DNA from: a virus
Taxonomy: Duplodnaviria > Heunggongvirae > Uroviricota > Caudoviricetes
Reading direction: 5' to 3' (one strand)
Virus record (IMG/VR): IMGVR_UViG_3300011155_000013
Location: 18,941-82,940 of that record
Length of the DNA stretch: 64,000 nucleotides
Of this stretch, positions 63,868 through 64,000 are shown piece by piece; position 1 is the first letter of the stretch; every line of letters begins with the position of its first letter. The notes under the pieces are model-generated. The model was not told where the DNA came from. It saw nothing but the letters and a program-made list of their open reading frames with translations, and did no database searches. The position numbers were made by a program, and so were the translations under genes.

Positions 63868-64000
63868 ATGTCCGAAGCAAAAAAGCTCAGTGATCTCAGT
63901 CACATACGGAACTTCTCCATCATCGCGCACATCGATCATGGCAAGTCGACGCTGGCCGATCGGTTCATTCAGATGTGCGGTGGCCTGACGGAACGTGAGA
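63868..64000 (+). CDS. lepA: elongation factor 4 (LepA), N-terminal fragment (host chromosomal gene)
   Basis: [35 protein letters not shown] matches the LepA N-terminal G-domain. Confidence 0.85.
   Translation, partial: MSEAKKLSDLSHIRNFSIIAHIDHGKSTLADRFIQMCGGLTERE

Noticed and set aside
1-64000. Search by eye for tRNA genes, integrase and att direct repeats
   Set aside because: No T-loop-like GTTCGAATC-type motif or cloverleaf candidate was found. No tyrosine or serine recombinase signature was seen among the ORFs. The AT-rich left tract and the lepA-proximal end share no obvious direct repeat. A by-eye scan is weak evidence, so tRNAscan and att prediction should be run.

Overview
This GC-rich (~62%) window is almost entirely one large siphovirus-type phage or prophage genome of at least 62 kb. 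Its right end abuts the start of the chromosomal lepA gene (63868..64000). Pseudomonas-like composition is a guess from GC content. The layout is bipartite. On the plus strand, 5.7..35.4 kb carries the packaging, head, tail and lysis genes: a candidate small terminase, large terminase, portal, S49-type prohead protease/scaffold, major capsid, major tail protein, two chaperones, a 1752-aa tape measure, lambda gpM/L/K/I/J-like tail tip proteins, a repeat-containing tail fibre, i- and o-spanins, an M15 endolysin and holins. On the minus strand, 35.8..63.7 kb carries a convergently transcribed replication and nucleotide-metabolism module: RtcB RNA ligase, dUTPase, a Rad50/SbcC-like and Mre11/SbcD-like pair with a zinc hook, an ATP-dependent DNA ligase, a dNMP kinase, a DnaQ-like exonuclease, family-A DNA polymerase, class II-like ribonucleotide reductase, endonuclease VII, ThyX, an SPFH lipoprotein, an SNF2 helicase, an AEP primase-helicase, a Dda/RecD-like helicase, and RHH and ArsR-family regulators. 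The left arm (1..5.3 kb) holds an HU-like gene, several small minus-strand genes of unknown function, an AT-rich 570-bp tract and several repeat families. The most striking feature is a near-palindromic motif, consensus ACCTGTA-AA-TACAGGT, found at about 17 intergenic loci throughout the element, with clusters in front of the two regulator genes; this looks like a genome-wide operator or promoter regulon. Other items worth a second look: four translationally coupled small ORFs (one a thymidine-kinase-like mini P-loop protein) inserted between the Mre11-like and Rad50-like genes; a phage-borne RtcB; an opposite-strand lipoprotein moron between terminase and portal; a coupled membrane-protein plus 213-aa gene pair at the left end; and an SPFH cassette. 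No integrase, tRNA or CRISPR array was recognised in the window, and many long GC-rich antisense ORFs in the track are judged spurious.
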